From assembly GCA_046758965.1 (NCBI GenBank), contig JBHIBG010000029.1, positions 1 through 30,554 of the forward strand: DNA of 30,554 nucleotides, read 5' to 3'. Below the pieces are notes generated by a model, which had not been told where the DNA came from, did no database searches, and worked only from the letters and a program-made list of their open reading frames with translations. Within the stretch, counting starts at the first letter, position 1, and each line of letters starts with the position of its first letter. The translations under genes and the position numbers were made by a program. This stretch comes from Candidatus Methylomirabilia bacterium (lineage in GTDB: Bacteria; Methylomirabilota; Methylomirabilia; Rokubacteriales; CSP1-6). Shown here piece by piece: positions 1 to 9,081 of this stretch.

Positions 1-231
1 TATCCGGTTGGCGATTCGTGGCCCCTGCCCTGAGATCAAGACCCGGTAGCGCCCGCTGCTCCGGTCTACCTGTTCGTCCACCGACCCGTCCAGGGTGAAC
101 GCAAACAGGCCGAAGAGAATACGGATCTCCGCATGATAGGTCGCTGAGCGGACAAGCTGCTCGGCCTGGCCAAGCCGCGGGGCAAACAGGAGGGCCAACG
201 GCAGGGCCAGAAACTGGCGGCGGGAGAGCAT
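1..231 (-). CDS. Tat-signal exported hypothetical protein (partial, runs off window start)
   Basis: Manual translation from ATG at 231: MLSRRQFLALPLALLFAPRLGQAEQLVRSATYHAEIRILFGLF...; SRRxFL twin-arginine motif and hydrophobic h-region; frame open to position 1; not in the ORF track. Confidence 0.75.
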   Translation of the reverse strand, partial: MLSRRQFLALPLALLFAPRLGQAEQLVRSATYHAEIRILFGLFAFTLDGSVDEQVDRSSGRYRVLISGQGPRIANRI

Positions 232-279
232 CGCGTGACCTCTACGACACTGCTATCTTGGTACCAACCGGGCGTCCTC

Positions 280-1053
280 CTACCGATCCGAACCGCTGGC
301 GGCCAAGTTCCGTGAGAATACTATACCCCATTCATGATCTCTCTCGCACGGCCCATGCGACGGCGATCGTTCCCCAAGATGCGCTGCGCCGGGGTCAGCC
401 GAGCGGGCCCGTTTGCCACGAGCCGGGGCGCGGACAGGATACCGGCTCAGGGCCTCGAGCGGTCTGGGGACTGCTTGGCGATCCCGCTCCAGGGAGACGC
501 CATAGGCTTTAAGGACGACCCGCTCAAAGCTCAGTTTGTCGGCCTCGCTGACGCGGTCGAGCCGCTCGAGTCGTCGGAGGGACACCGTCAGCGCCCACTG
601 CCACGCCGTACTGATCGCACGAGAGAATCGCATCATCCGCCGGTCTCGCTCATACTCGATCTCATTCAAAGAATTCCAGAACGCCACTGCCTGAGCGTCC
701 TGCTGCTCCACGAGGATAGAGAGCCGACGTGCCCCCTTGGCGAAAAGGAGGCGCTCTGCTTCTCGCACCAAGGCTGTGGCGATCCCCCCCCGCCGGTAGT
801 TCGGCAACACCGCGAGCCGGTAGATATTGCCTCGCCATCCATCCCATCCCGCGAGAATCGTCGCGACGATTCGGCCATCTTGCTCGGCAACCAGGAACAG
901 GTCTCCATGCTCCCGTATCAGCCGCGTGAGCTCCTCAAGGCTGTCGGTTGGGCTAGGCGTCGCGTCGGCTTCTCTCCACAGGTTCAAGACGGCAGGACAC
1001 TCCTCCGGACGGCATGGCCTGATCGTTACACCCACTCGCATGTGCAGGCGCAT
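280..1053 (-). CDS. GNAT family acetyltransferase (YpeA-like) with a C-terminal extension of about 110 aa
   Basis: GWDGWRGNIYRLAVLPNYRRGGIA acetyl-CoA binding motif; AAAGGAG RBS suggests the true start may be ATG 1041. Confidence 0.85.
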   Translation of the reverse strand: MRLHMRVGVTIRPCRPEECPAVLNLWREADATPSPTDSLEELTRLIREHGDLFLVAEQDGRIVATILAGWDGWRGNIYRLAVLPNYRRGGIATALVREAERLLFAKGARRLSILVEQQDAQAVAFWNSLNEIEYERDRRMMRFSRAISTAWQWALTVSLRRLERLDRVSEADKLSFERVVLKAYGVSLERDRQAVPRPLEALSRYPVRAPARGKRARSADPGAAHLGERSPSHGPCERDHEWGIVFSRNLAASGSDR

Positions 1054-1378
1054 CTCCTTTCGGTCTCTCCAGGTCGTCCCCGGCCGGCGCCGCGCATGAC
1101 CGGCAAGCTATGACGAGCAAAACGGGGGTGTCAGGGCGACCTCCCGCCTTAGGAAGAGCAGCATGCCAGGGGGCCTCACCACCAACTGACAGTATGGCAC
1201 CAGTTTGGACAATTTGACTGGAGAAGGGAGCGAGTGATGGGTGGATGCCCTCTGGAAGCGGAGGGGAGCACGAGGCAAACTTCAACAGCGGCAATGGAAT
1301 ACGAGGCGAAGAATCAGAAGGTCGAGTCCGCGCGGTGTAGGCAGGATTTTTGCGTCTCGCCTCACGCAGGAGTGAACA

Positions 1379-1693
1379 ATGGCTGTCTGGACCTTCTACC
1401 TTCTCGTTTTGGCCCTCCCGCTCACCGATCCGCCGCAGGAGGTAGTGCGGGAGTCGTTCGCGGTCTTCTCGACCCACTCCGAGTGTGTGCGGTGGCAGCA
1501 GTGGTGGGCCCACCACCACGAATGGATGCGCCAGCATGGCATCACGTCCACCCCCTGCCAAGAAGGACGGGCGATGAATGAACAATACCCCACTGCGACC
1601 AACCGAGCGGAAGCTAACGAGCCGACGCAGCGCATTGCCCGCGAACGTCCGCCCGTTCTGGGCCAGGATGTCCTGAGCACCGAGGCTCCGTGA
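1379..1693 (+). CDS. small secreted hypothetical protein
   Basis: AGGAG RBS before ATG; hydrophobic N-terminus (MAVWTFYLLVLALP); two Cys and a His/Trp-rich patch. Confidence 0.5.
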   Translation: MAVWTFYLLVLALPLTDPPQEVVRESFAVFSTHSECVRWQQWWAHHHEWMRQHGITSTPCQEGRAMNEQYPTATNRAEANEPTQRIARERPPVLGQDVLSTEAP

Positions 1694-1973
1694 GACCGCT
1701 CGAGGTAGCAGTAGCGCCCCTCGAGCTTTAACCCTCCCGGCCCGCGTTCCACGCGGTCGAGCCCTTGCGTTCAGGGCGTCGCCCCGGTTTTAGGCTCTCA
1801 CTGCTCAGGCTTCCACAATCACGACTACTGCCCCAGCGCCCTAAGCGCCCGTCCTCCCGCCTCCTCGAAACACCCTCCTGACCCTAACTCGCAACTGCTC
1901 AACTTTCCACCACCGCGGCTGATTTCCACCACGTAGGTCAGCGCTAAGTATCCGTTATTTAAGCCATTCCACC

Positions 1974-1989
1974 TGGCACCACGGTTGCT
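1974..1989 (+). promoter_or_regulatory. sigma54 (-24/-12) promoter
   Basis: TGGCAC-CACGG-TTGCT, exact GG-N10-GC consensus, about 75 bp upstream of the 2065 start. Confidence 0.75.
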
Positions 1990-2064
1990 CCAGGCTCTGG
2001 ACGGAGTTCGCGGAAGCAGGCAGATCGGTCCATAAACCCTCGAGACACGGAGGAGGTCAGAAAC

Positions 2065-2892
2065 ATGAAGCCGAGGATCAAGCGATGGGGAAGTCTGCTG
2101 CTCGTCTCGATCCTGGTACTGGCTGGCTGCGTCACGATGGAGGGCCAGCTGGCCATGGAAACGCTGGGCCGGGGTCTGGCCAACTTGGTGCTCGCGCCCT
2201 TCATGATCATCGCCGGGCTGGCGCAAGGGTTGGCGTTTCTCCCCTACACGATCGGGACCGGGCTCGTGGAGCTAAACAGGGCGTTGCTACAAGCCCAAGC
2301 GGTCTCGCTCGACGATTCGTATCAGGCGACGTTCGGAGTCTCGATCGCCGACCCCCGGGTGGACTCGCAGACCGGTGAAGTGGCCGGGCACAACCTCTAC
2401 GGGCGCTACCGCCCCGAGGCTATGCCCGAGGCCACCCGAACGTTCCAACGATTGTTGATCTCCCAGGGCATGCCCGAGGAGAAGGCCCAGCACTACGTTC
2501 TCGGCGGCGTCTATACCCACACCATGAGCCGGGGACACATCCTGCTCTCCGTGATGTACCGGCATCTTGGGAGGCAGCCGTTCCGAGTGGTCTCCAAGCA
2601 CACCGGGATCACGACCACGTTCCGCCCCGAGAACAGGGGGTGGCGGGAGCCTTACGAGCGCGATGTCGACGGCCAGCTGATCGACGAGGTCATCGACTGG
2701 GCGGGGATCGAGTACGCTCTCCTTCGGCGGGACAAGGTTGTCGCAACGCTGATGGTCCTGGCCGCCGAGGCTGTCAAATCGGGCAAGCGATCGCCGGAGT
2801 ACTGGCAGGTGGAGCGGCGCTGGATAGCGGGGGAGACCACCCAGATCATCCGGGAGTCGTTGGACAAGGTGAAGAGGGCTCTTCCCACTTAG
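2065..2892 (+). CDS. hypothetical lipoprotein
   Basis: GGAGGAGG RBS; basic N-terminus, h-region, lipobox LAGC; additional hydrophobic segment. Confidence 0.8.
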   Translation: MKPRIKRWGSLLLVSILVLAGCVTMEGQLAMETLGRGLANLVLAPFMIIAGLAQGLAFLPYTIGTGLVELNRALLQAQAVSLDDSYQATFGVSIADPRVDSQTGEVAGHNLYGRYRPEAMPEATRTFQRLLISQGMPEEKAQHYVLGGVYTHTMSRGHILLSVMYRHLGRQPFRVVSKHTGITTTFRPENRGWREPYERDVDGQLIDEVIDWAGIEYALLRRDKVVATLMVLAAEAVKSGKRSPEYWQVERRWIAGETTQIIRESLDKVKRALPT

Positions 2893-3036
2893 CCCGTGTC
2901 TGTGTCCTACGCCAAGACCGCCAAGGTTTTTGCTCTCACGATCCCGCCGCCCGCCCCGGGGGGACCAGGTGACCGAAGCATCCCACGGGCGTCGGGGCCG
3001 CCCTCGGCGCTCGTGGTGGGTGCGGCCAGCCTCCGC

Positions 3037-4098
3037 CTACCTCCGGCAGATATAGATGCTGTTCTGGGGGCCGGGAGCGTCGACCACCTCGATGGCTGTG
3101 AAGCCCGATTCGCCGAGCATGCGCCGTGCTGCCTGTTCGCCCCACGCCGTGCCCAGCCCCGCCCCGCCCTCGGCTAGCGACACCGTCATACAGTGCAGCA
3201 CGCTCATCCCATACATGTACGGCGCGAACGGGTTGCCGAGGTTGTCCTCCAGGTTGCTCGAGGCTTTGGGCTCGATCATCAGGTAGATGCCATCCGGTGC
3301 CACCGCCGCAGCTACGCGCCGGAGGGTTGACGCCGGATCCCGCTGGTCGTGGATCGAGTCGAACGACGTGATCAGGTCAAACTTCGGCTCGTCGGGCAGT
3401 TGGGTGACGTCGAGGCGCTCGAAGCGGGCGTTGGGCAGCCCCATCTCGCGGGCCTCGGCCGTTGCCCGGGAGAGCGCCTCCTCGCTCAGGTCGTAGCCGA
3501 CGAAGGTCGACTGGGGATACTCCCGGGCCATCACATTGATGGCGTGTCCTGTCCCGCACCCGATATCCGCCACCCGGATCCCGGCTTTGAGCCGTTCGGG
3601 GAGGCCCTTGGCAGCGGGCAGGAAGCCCTTGATGAGCAGCCCGTCGTAGAGGAGGCGCCAGGAGGCGTCCATGCCCTCGGTGAAGTCCGGCCGGAACTCC
3701 GAATACGGCACGCCCCCACCCGTCCGGAAGCACTCGACGATCCCGGGCAGCCGCTTCGCAAGCATCGGCAAGAACTGGCTGGTGGGCGCGAGGTTGCGGC
3801 TCGAGGCCCCGGTCAGGCAGACGGCGTGCTCGGGCGGCAAGGTAAAGGTCCGCGACGCGGGATCATACTCGATGAGCCCCCCGGTCGCCACTGCCGCCAG
3901 CCACTCGCGAGTGTAGCGCTCGTCCAGCCCAGCCCGATCAGCGATCTCCTGGCTGGTGCCGGGTCCTTGCGCCGCTGCCTCGAAGAGCCCTGTCTTCTGG
4001 CCAATATCCACCATCAGGGTCAGAAGTCCGCTCGTGTAGAGCCCGAACACCTTGCGGGCGAAATCCTGGATCCGTTTCCGGTCGAGCTGTTGTGCCAT
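3037..4098 (-). CDS. class I SAM-dependent methyltransferase with N-terminal winged helix (Rv2258c-like)
   Basis: ADIGCGTG motif I, FDSIHDQRDP, LHCMTVSLAEGGAGLG; GAGGAGG RBS. Confidence 0.9.
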   Translation of the reverse strand: MAQQLDRKRIQDFARKVFGLYTSGLLTLMVDIGQKTGLFEAAAQGPGTSQEIADRAGLDERYTREWLAAVATGGLIEYDPASRTFTLPPEHAVCLTGASSRNLAPTSQFLPMLAKRLPGIVECFRTGGGVPYSEFRPDFTEGMDASWRLLYDGLLIKGFLPAAKGLPERLKAGIRVADIGCGTGHAINVMAREYPQSTFVGYDLSEEALSRATAEAREMGLPNARFERLDVTQLPDEPKFDLITSFDSIHDQRDPASTLRRVAAAVAPDGIYLMIEPKASSNLEDNLGNPFAPYMYGMSVLHCMTVSLAEGGAGLGTAWGEQAARRMLGESGFTAIEVVDAPGPQNSIYICRR

Positions 4099-4312
4099 GA
4101 CTTCCTCCTCGCTGTTTCACCTTGTACCAAGCGCCGCAGAACGGAGAGTTCAGGGCCAAGACGCTCCGGACGTCGCGTAGAAACGGCGCCCTTCTCGGTT
4201 CTCGGCCTGGCACCGGGGACACTGCATGATGGCCTCTCGCCTCGCCCGGCGGGCGAGTGGCGAACCAGTGCGCCAAGATTAGCTCGGGGAACTAAAGAGG
4301 GTCAAGCACCAC

Positions 4313-4326
4313 CCGTCAAATGACGG
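4313..4326. promoter_or_regulatory. candidate operator palindrome between the divergent methyltransferase and mutase operon
   Basis: CCGTCA-AA-TGACGG inverted repeat in the intergenic region. Confidence 0.3.
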
Positions 4327-4459
4327 CATAGAGGGAAGGTTCGCGGCCGCGCTAGCAGGACATTTCGCCCAGGGAATTGAAGCAAACGGCTCATGGCATG
4401 GGCCTCGGGCTGAAGGAACATCTACCAAACGTCGGCTAGAAATTCGGACGGGAGGGCGT

Positions 4460-6103
4460 ATGGCCAAGGAGGACTACCTCTCCGGCATTGACCTCTACCT
4501 GAAGGGGGAGCGTCCCACGCGCCTGGAGACGGACTCGGGGATCCCCGTGCCGCTGATCTGCGGCCCCGCGCACACGGACGGTCTCGACTACGACCGTGAC
4601 CTCGGCGCCGCCGGCGCCTACCCCTTCACCCGCGGCATCCACGCTGACATGTACCGGGGGCGCCTCTGGACCCGGCGCCAGATCCTGGGGTACGGGGGGC
4701 CGAAGGAAACGAATCGCCGGATCAAGTTTCTCTTCAAAGAGGGGCAGACCGGCCTCAACCTCGTCCCCGATCTGGTCGGTGCCCACGGCTTCGATCCCGA
4801 CGACCCGTGGGCTGAGGGGGAGGTGGGCCTGCAGGGGGTCTCGATCTCAACGCTGACGGAGATGGCGGAGACTCTTAGGGACCTTCCGCTCGACCAGATG
4901 AGTGTGACAATGATCGCCAAGCCTCCCTGCGGGATGATCTGGCTGGCAATGCTGGTGGCCTTGGCCGAGAAGCGCGGTCTCTCCCCCGCTTCCCTCATGG
5001 GAACGGTGATGAACGATCCGCTCTTCCAGATCAGCGGGGGGGTGCCGCTGTCTACCCATACTCGCTTCTTCCCCCTCAAGCCTGCCGTGCGCCTGGCTGT
5101 GGACACGATCGAACACTGCTCGCGCCATCTCCCCCGGATCAACACCCCCTGCGTCAACGGCTACAACGTGCGCGAGACGGGGATCAACGCGGCCCACGAG
5201 ATCGCTTTCACGCTGGCCGGGGCCGCGACCTTCGTGGAGGGGGCGCTCGCCCGCGGCCTCTCGGTGGATGCCTTCGCCCCCCGCCTCTCATTCTTCGTCG
5301 CCAGCCACATGGACCTTTTCGAAGAGGTCGCCAAGTTCCGGGCCTTCCGCCGCATCTGGGCCCGGCTCATGCGCGAGCAGTACGGGGCCCGCGACGAGCG
5401 CTCCCTCTGGTTTCGCTTCTCGGCTCAGACCTCGGGGATTGCGCTGACCGCGCAACAGCCGCTCAACAATGTCGTGCGGACCACCCTCCAGGTCCTCGCC
5501 GCGGTGCTCGGGGGAGCCCAGGCCGTGCAGGCCTCCGCGTTCGACGAGGCGATCTCGCTGCCGACGGAGGAGTCCCACCGGCTGGTTGTCCGTACCTCCC
5601 AGATTATCGGCTACGAGAGCGGGGTCACCCGCACGGTGGATCCTCTCGGTGGAGGGTATTTCACCGAGTGGCTCACCAGCCGGCTTGAGGCGGAGGCGCT
5701 GACGCTCTTCGAGAAGGTCCAGGCCATGGGGGGGATGGTCGCGGCCATCGAGAGCGGCTGGCTGGAGAACGTGGTGAACGAGGCGCGGAGCCGGCGGATG
5801 GCGGACATGGAGGCGGGGCGACAACTCCTCGTGGGGGTCAACGCGTTTCGGATCGAGGAGGAGCCTCGCGTGAAGATCCACCGAACCTCGGGGCGCTGGG
5901 AGCGCGAGCGCCGCCGGTTTGTCCGGGAGTTCAAGCGGGGGCGGAACCAGCGTCGCGCGGCGCAGGCCCTCGATCGAGTCCAGGACGCCATGGCCTGCGG
6001 CGAGAATCTCTTCCCCTCGGTCCTGGCGGCCGTGAAAGCTTCGGCCACGCTCGGCGAGGTCAGCCACGCCCTGCGCGAGGCGGTGGGCTTCAAGGTCCAC
6101 TGA
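4460..6103 (+). CDS. AdoCbl-dependent acyl-CoA mutase, large substrate-binding subunit (MCM family, non-canonical specificity)
   Basis: YPFTRGI, GQTGL, GEVG, EEVAKFRAFRRIWA, QTSG, FDEA, DPLGG motifs; no B12-binding domain; GGAGG RBS. Confidence 0.92.
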   Translation: MAKEDYLSGIDLYLKGERPTRLETDSGIPVPLICGPAHTDGLDYDRDLGAAGAYPFTRGIHADMYRGRLWTRRQILGYGGPKETNRRIKFLFKEGQTGLNLVPDLVGAHGFDPDDPWAEGEVGLQGVSISTLTEMAETLRDLPLDQMSVTMIAKPPCGMIWLAMLVALAEKRGLSPASLMGTVMNDPLFQISGGVPLSTHTRFFPLKPAVRLAVDTIEHCSRHLPRINTPCVNGYNVRETGINAAHEIAFTLAGAATFVEGALARGLSVDAFAPRLSFFVASHMDLFEEVAKFRAFRRIWARLMREQYGARDERSLWFRFSAQTSGIALTAQQPLNNVVRTTLQVLAAVLGGAQAVQASAFDEAISLPTEESHRLVVRTSQIIGYESGVTRTVDPLGGGYFTEWLTSRLEAEALTLFEKVQAMGGMVAAIESGWLENVVNEARSRRMADMEAGRQLLVGVNAFRIEEEPRVKIHRTSGRWERERRRFVREFKRGRNQRRAAQALDRVQDAMACGENLFPSVLAAVKASATLGEVSHALREAVGFKVH

Positions 6104-6114
6104 GGAGCGACGCG

Positions 6115-6525
6115 GTGGCAGCCTCACGCGGCGACCCGCATCGAGTCCTTCTCGCCAAAATGGGGCTGGACTCCCACGACCACGGCGTCCGCGTGATGGC
6201 CAAAGCCCTGGCCAGCGCCGGTTTCGAAGTCATCTACCAGGGGACTCACAACCGCCCGGAGCAAGTGGCGCGGGCTGCGACGGAAGAGAGCGCCGATGTG
6301 GTCGGGCTTTCGTTTCTCTCGGGCGAGCATCTCGCGAACTGCCGCCAGCTTCTGCCACTCCTCAGACGGGCCCGGCCGCCCCCGCTGGTCATCGTCGGCG
6401 GAGTCATCCCGCCGAACGATCTGCCGAAGCTCAAGCGGCTGGGTGTGGCCAGGGTGTTCGGCCCGGGGACCATGCCCGCCTCGGTGATCCGCTTCCTTCG
6501 GGAACGTCTCAAAGACGAGGCATGA
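6115..6525 (+). CDS. acyl-CoA mutase small cobalamin-binding subunit
   Basis: AKMGLDSHDHG (DxHxxG), GLSFLSGEH, VGGVIP, FGPGT; GAGGAG RBS. Confidence 0.92.
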   Translation: MAASRGDPHRVLLAKMGLDSHDHGVRVMAKALASAGFEVIYQGTHNRPEQVARAATEESADVVGLSFLSGEHLANCRQLLPLLRRARPPPLVIVGGVIPPNDLPKLKRLGVARVFGPGTMPASVIRFLRERLKDEA

Positions 6526-7808
6526 CCGATCGATTTGATTGCGTGGTGATCGGAGCCGGCATCGGCGGGCTCGCAGCTGCCGCTCGTCTCACAGCCGCGG
6601 GACTCCGCCCGCTCGTGGTGGAGGAGCAGGAACGGGTGGGTGGGCGCTTTTCCTCGGTCAACGTGGATGGCTTCCACCTCAGCACCGGCGCCGTGGCCGT
6701 GGAGTACGGTGGGGTGCTGGAGGAGACCTTCCGCTCTCTCGACGCGCCGTTCGAGGTGCGCGTGCCGGATCCGGCGGTGGTGTTCAGGATCGGCGGCGAG
6801 GAGTACACCTTCGGTCAGGGGTGGCTGCAGATCTTCGAGGCCTTCGTGACGCGCGGGGCGCGAATCCTGACGGGAATCCGGGAGAACCTCGCGCAGCCGG
6901 CTGAGCACGAGAGCCCCTCGCTCAGAGACTGGCTCCGCCGCTACACCGAGCACCCGACCCTACACGGAATCTTCCAGGCGCTTGCCGCCTCCATCTTCGC
7001 GGTCAACGCCGACGAAATCCCCTCCCGCGTGTTCTTCGAGCACTTCATGGCTCGCGGTGGGTTCAAGCGATTCGGCTTCGCCCCGAGGGGATGCCTGGGG
7101 CTGGTGAAGCCGCTGGCCCGGGCGATCTCGGCACGTGGTGGGGTAGTCTGGACCGAGGGCGTGGTGGAGCGAATCCTCACCCGCGATGGCGCGGTCGTGG
7201 GAGTCGTGTGCCGCCGAGGAGGGACCGTCGTGGAGATTCCGGCCCCGGCCGTCATCAGCAATGCGGGACCGAGGGAAACCCTGGGCCTGCTCGAGGAGGG
7301 AGTGCTGCCCGATGAGTACCGGGAAAGAGTTCGCTCACGAGTCCGGCCAGCGGCCAACGTGGCCCTCTACTTCACCAGCGGAACTCCACTGGTCGCTGCG
7401 GCGGGACTCGTCACTTTCGCGGAAGGGCGTCGCCTCTGTAACTTGGCCAACCTCGGTCACCTCTGTCCCGAGTTGACGCCGGGAGGAGAGCCGCTCTACG
7501 TGGCCTTCGGGGTCCCTCAGCCCTCGCTCGGTCCCTTCGACGCGGACCAGACTGTGCGGCTGATGATGGACGACCTGGCGGCGCAGGTGCCCGGGTTCAG
7601 CGAGGGGGCGCAGGTGCTGGCCGTCAACGTGATGCGCGGGACCTGGCCCGCCCAGCGAGCCTGCGCCGGCCACGACCTTCCGCAGCGCACACCCCTGCGC
7701 GGCCTCTGGCACGTCGGAGACGGGGTGAAGCCTTTCGGGTGGGGCGGCGCCTCGGCGTGCGCTGAGAGCGCGCGCCTGGCCGTACTCGGCCTTCTCCAGG
7801 AGCGATGA
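6522..7808 (+). CDS. FAD-dependent oxidoreductase, phytoene desaturase/amine oxidase-like
   Basis: IGAGIGGL Rossmann motif, VGGR, C-terminal TPLRGLWHVGDG; ATGA overlap with the upstream gene. Confidence 0.88.
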   Translation: MTDRFDCVVIGAGIGGLAAAARLTAAGLRPLVVEEQERVGGRFSSVNVDGFHLSTGAVAVEYGGVLEETFRSLDAPFEVRVPDPAVVFRIGGEEYTFGQGWLQIFEAFVTRGARILTGIRENLAQPAEHESPSLRDWLRRYTEHPTLHGIFQALAASIFAVNADEIPSRVFFEHFMARGGFKRFGFAPRGCLGLVKPLARAISARGGVVWTEGVVERILTRDGAVVGVVCRRGGTVVEIPAPAVISNAGPRETLGLLEEGVLPDEYRERVRSRVRPAANVALYFTSGTPLVAAAGLVTFAEGRRLCNLANLGHLCPELTPGGEPLYVAFGVPQPSLGPFDADQTVRLMMDDLAAQVPGFSEGAQVLAVNVMRGTWPAQRACAGHDLPQRTPLRGLWHVGDGVKPFGWGGASACAESARLAVLGLLQER

Positions 7809-7890
7809 GACGGAACCGGCACGGGCGAGAGGTGAAATAGCCGCGGCCGATCCGTCCGAGTGTGTTGATCTACTACGGTCAAGCGCTGCC

Positions 7891-7919
7891 TTGACAGCTA
7901 TCGAGGGGTAGCTTACAGT
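7891..7919 (+). promoter_or_regulatory. sigma70 promoter
   Basis: TTGACA-N17-TACAGT, 30 bp upstream of ATG 7950. Confidence 0.6.
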
Positions 7920-7949
7920 CGCATACGAGAGAGGCGCATCATCGCACAA

Positions 7950-8567
7950 ATGAGCTGGCGGGAAAATATTTCCCGAGCAGGTCCCATCGCACTGCTTGTT
8001 GCCCTCCTGACTCCCTCATGTGCCCCGAGCTACGATTTCATAGGAACCTGGAGTCGCCAACCCCAGGGGCTCACATACGTCAACGACGACCGCCATATCA
8101 AGCTCACGTTTCCCGATGAGCGATGGCGTGTCTATACCCGGCCGCATAAGGATCTGGAGCCTATGACCTGGAATAGGCCCGGATGGCCCGGAAAGGAAGA
8201 CAGATCGTATCACGTTCTGATAGCCAGAATTCGTGATCTTGCGATGCTGCTGCAGGTACAGATCGACGAAAGGACCACGGACATCAGCCTGAATGAGTAC
8301 GCAGCCCTGACCAACGAGAGCTTGCTCTTGACGCTCGGCAACCCCGAGACACTTGATTTCTTCGTGGTTGATTCGATAGTGGCCGAACGTGATGGCCGCA
8401 GGATATTGGTCGTGACGTACAGACTGTTAGGTCAGAGGGCACTTACCATTGTGTTCAAAGATAAAGGTCGATTTATCGCATTCTCATTCAGCACCCTTGA
8501 AACCCTCTTTGAATCGAAGCAGGACGAGTTCTGGGCTGTAGTCGATTCATATGAGTACCTCGAATAG
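7950..8567 (+). CDS. hypothetical lipoprotein-like protein, lower GC than neighbours
   Basis: LLVALLTPSC signal/lipobox-like sequence; 205 aa ORF with AT-richer codons; own promoter. Confidence 0.65.
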   Translation: MSWRENISRAGPIALLVALLTPSCAPSYDFIGTWSRQPQGLTYVNDDRHIKLTFPDERWRVYTRPHKDLEPMTWNRPGWPGKEDRSYHVLIARIRDLAMLLQVQIDERTTDISLNEYAALTNESLLLTLGNPETLDFFVVDSIVAERDGRRILVVTYRLLGQRALTIVFKDKGRFIAFSFSTLETLFESKQDEFWAVVDSYEYLE

Positions 8568-8655
8568 TGCGGCGGGGCTCTTGCGCGCAGACCGTGATCT
8601 CGGCGCCGTCTTCCGATCTGACCTCGATGGGGCGTCCCGAGCAGGGTGAGAGGCC

Positions 8656-9021
8656 GTGGAGAGCAGTTTCGCCGACCGTCTAGCCCGAGTCGCGCGCAAG
8701 TCAACATGCCGGCTCACGCACTACGGCCGGAAGAGCGGCCGGCCCTATGAGGTGACGATCTGGTTCCTGGTCGATGGCGACACCGTGTACCTGACGACCA
8801 TGAACATGCAGCGCCAGTGGACGCGCAACGTGCAGGCCCACCCGAAGGTACTCCTGCGGATCGGCGGCGACGCATTCTCCGGCGACATCGAGGTGGTCAC
8901 CGACCCGGCGCAGATGCCGCGCGTCGTCGAGCTGCTGAGGAAGAAGTACTGGCTCGCGCGGCCCTACCTCTGGCTGAAAGGAAAACCGGACGGGGCGTTT
9001 CGAGTGCACTTGCGTCCCTGA
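8656..9021 (+). CDS. deazaflavin (F420)-dependent nitroreductase family protein (DUF385/Ddn-like)
   Basis: LTHYGRKSGRP and QWTRNVQAHPKV motifs. Confidence 0.8.
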   Translation: MESSFADRLARVARKSTCRLTHYGRKSGRPYEVTIWFLVDGDTVYLTTMNMQRQWTRNVQAHPKVLLRIGGDAFSGDIEVVTDPAQMPRVVELLRKKYWLARPYLWLKGKPDGAFRVHLRP

Positions 9022-9081
9022 GCGCCCTGAGTCTTCTCTGGGCCGTGATTGCTCGAGGGACCAGCGTTGTCTTGTCGCGCG

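Noticed and set aside
4270..4450. Cobalamin riboswitch upstream of the mutase operon
   Set aside because: Only isolated AGGG and GGGAAGG words; the conserved GCxACTG and AGxCAGxAGACC elements are not visible. An Rfam scan would settle it.
4460..6103. Calling the mutase mcm or hcmA
   Set aside because: It lacks the Tyr/Arg pair of MCM and the Asp determinant of HcmA, so no gene symbol is assigned.
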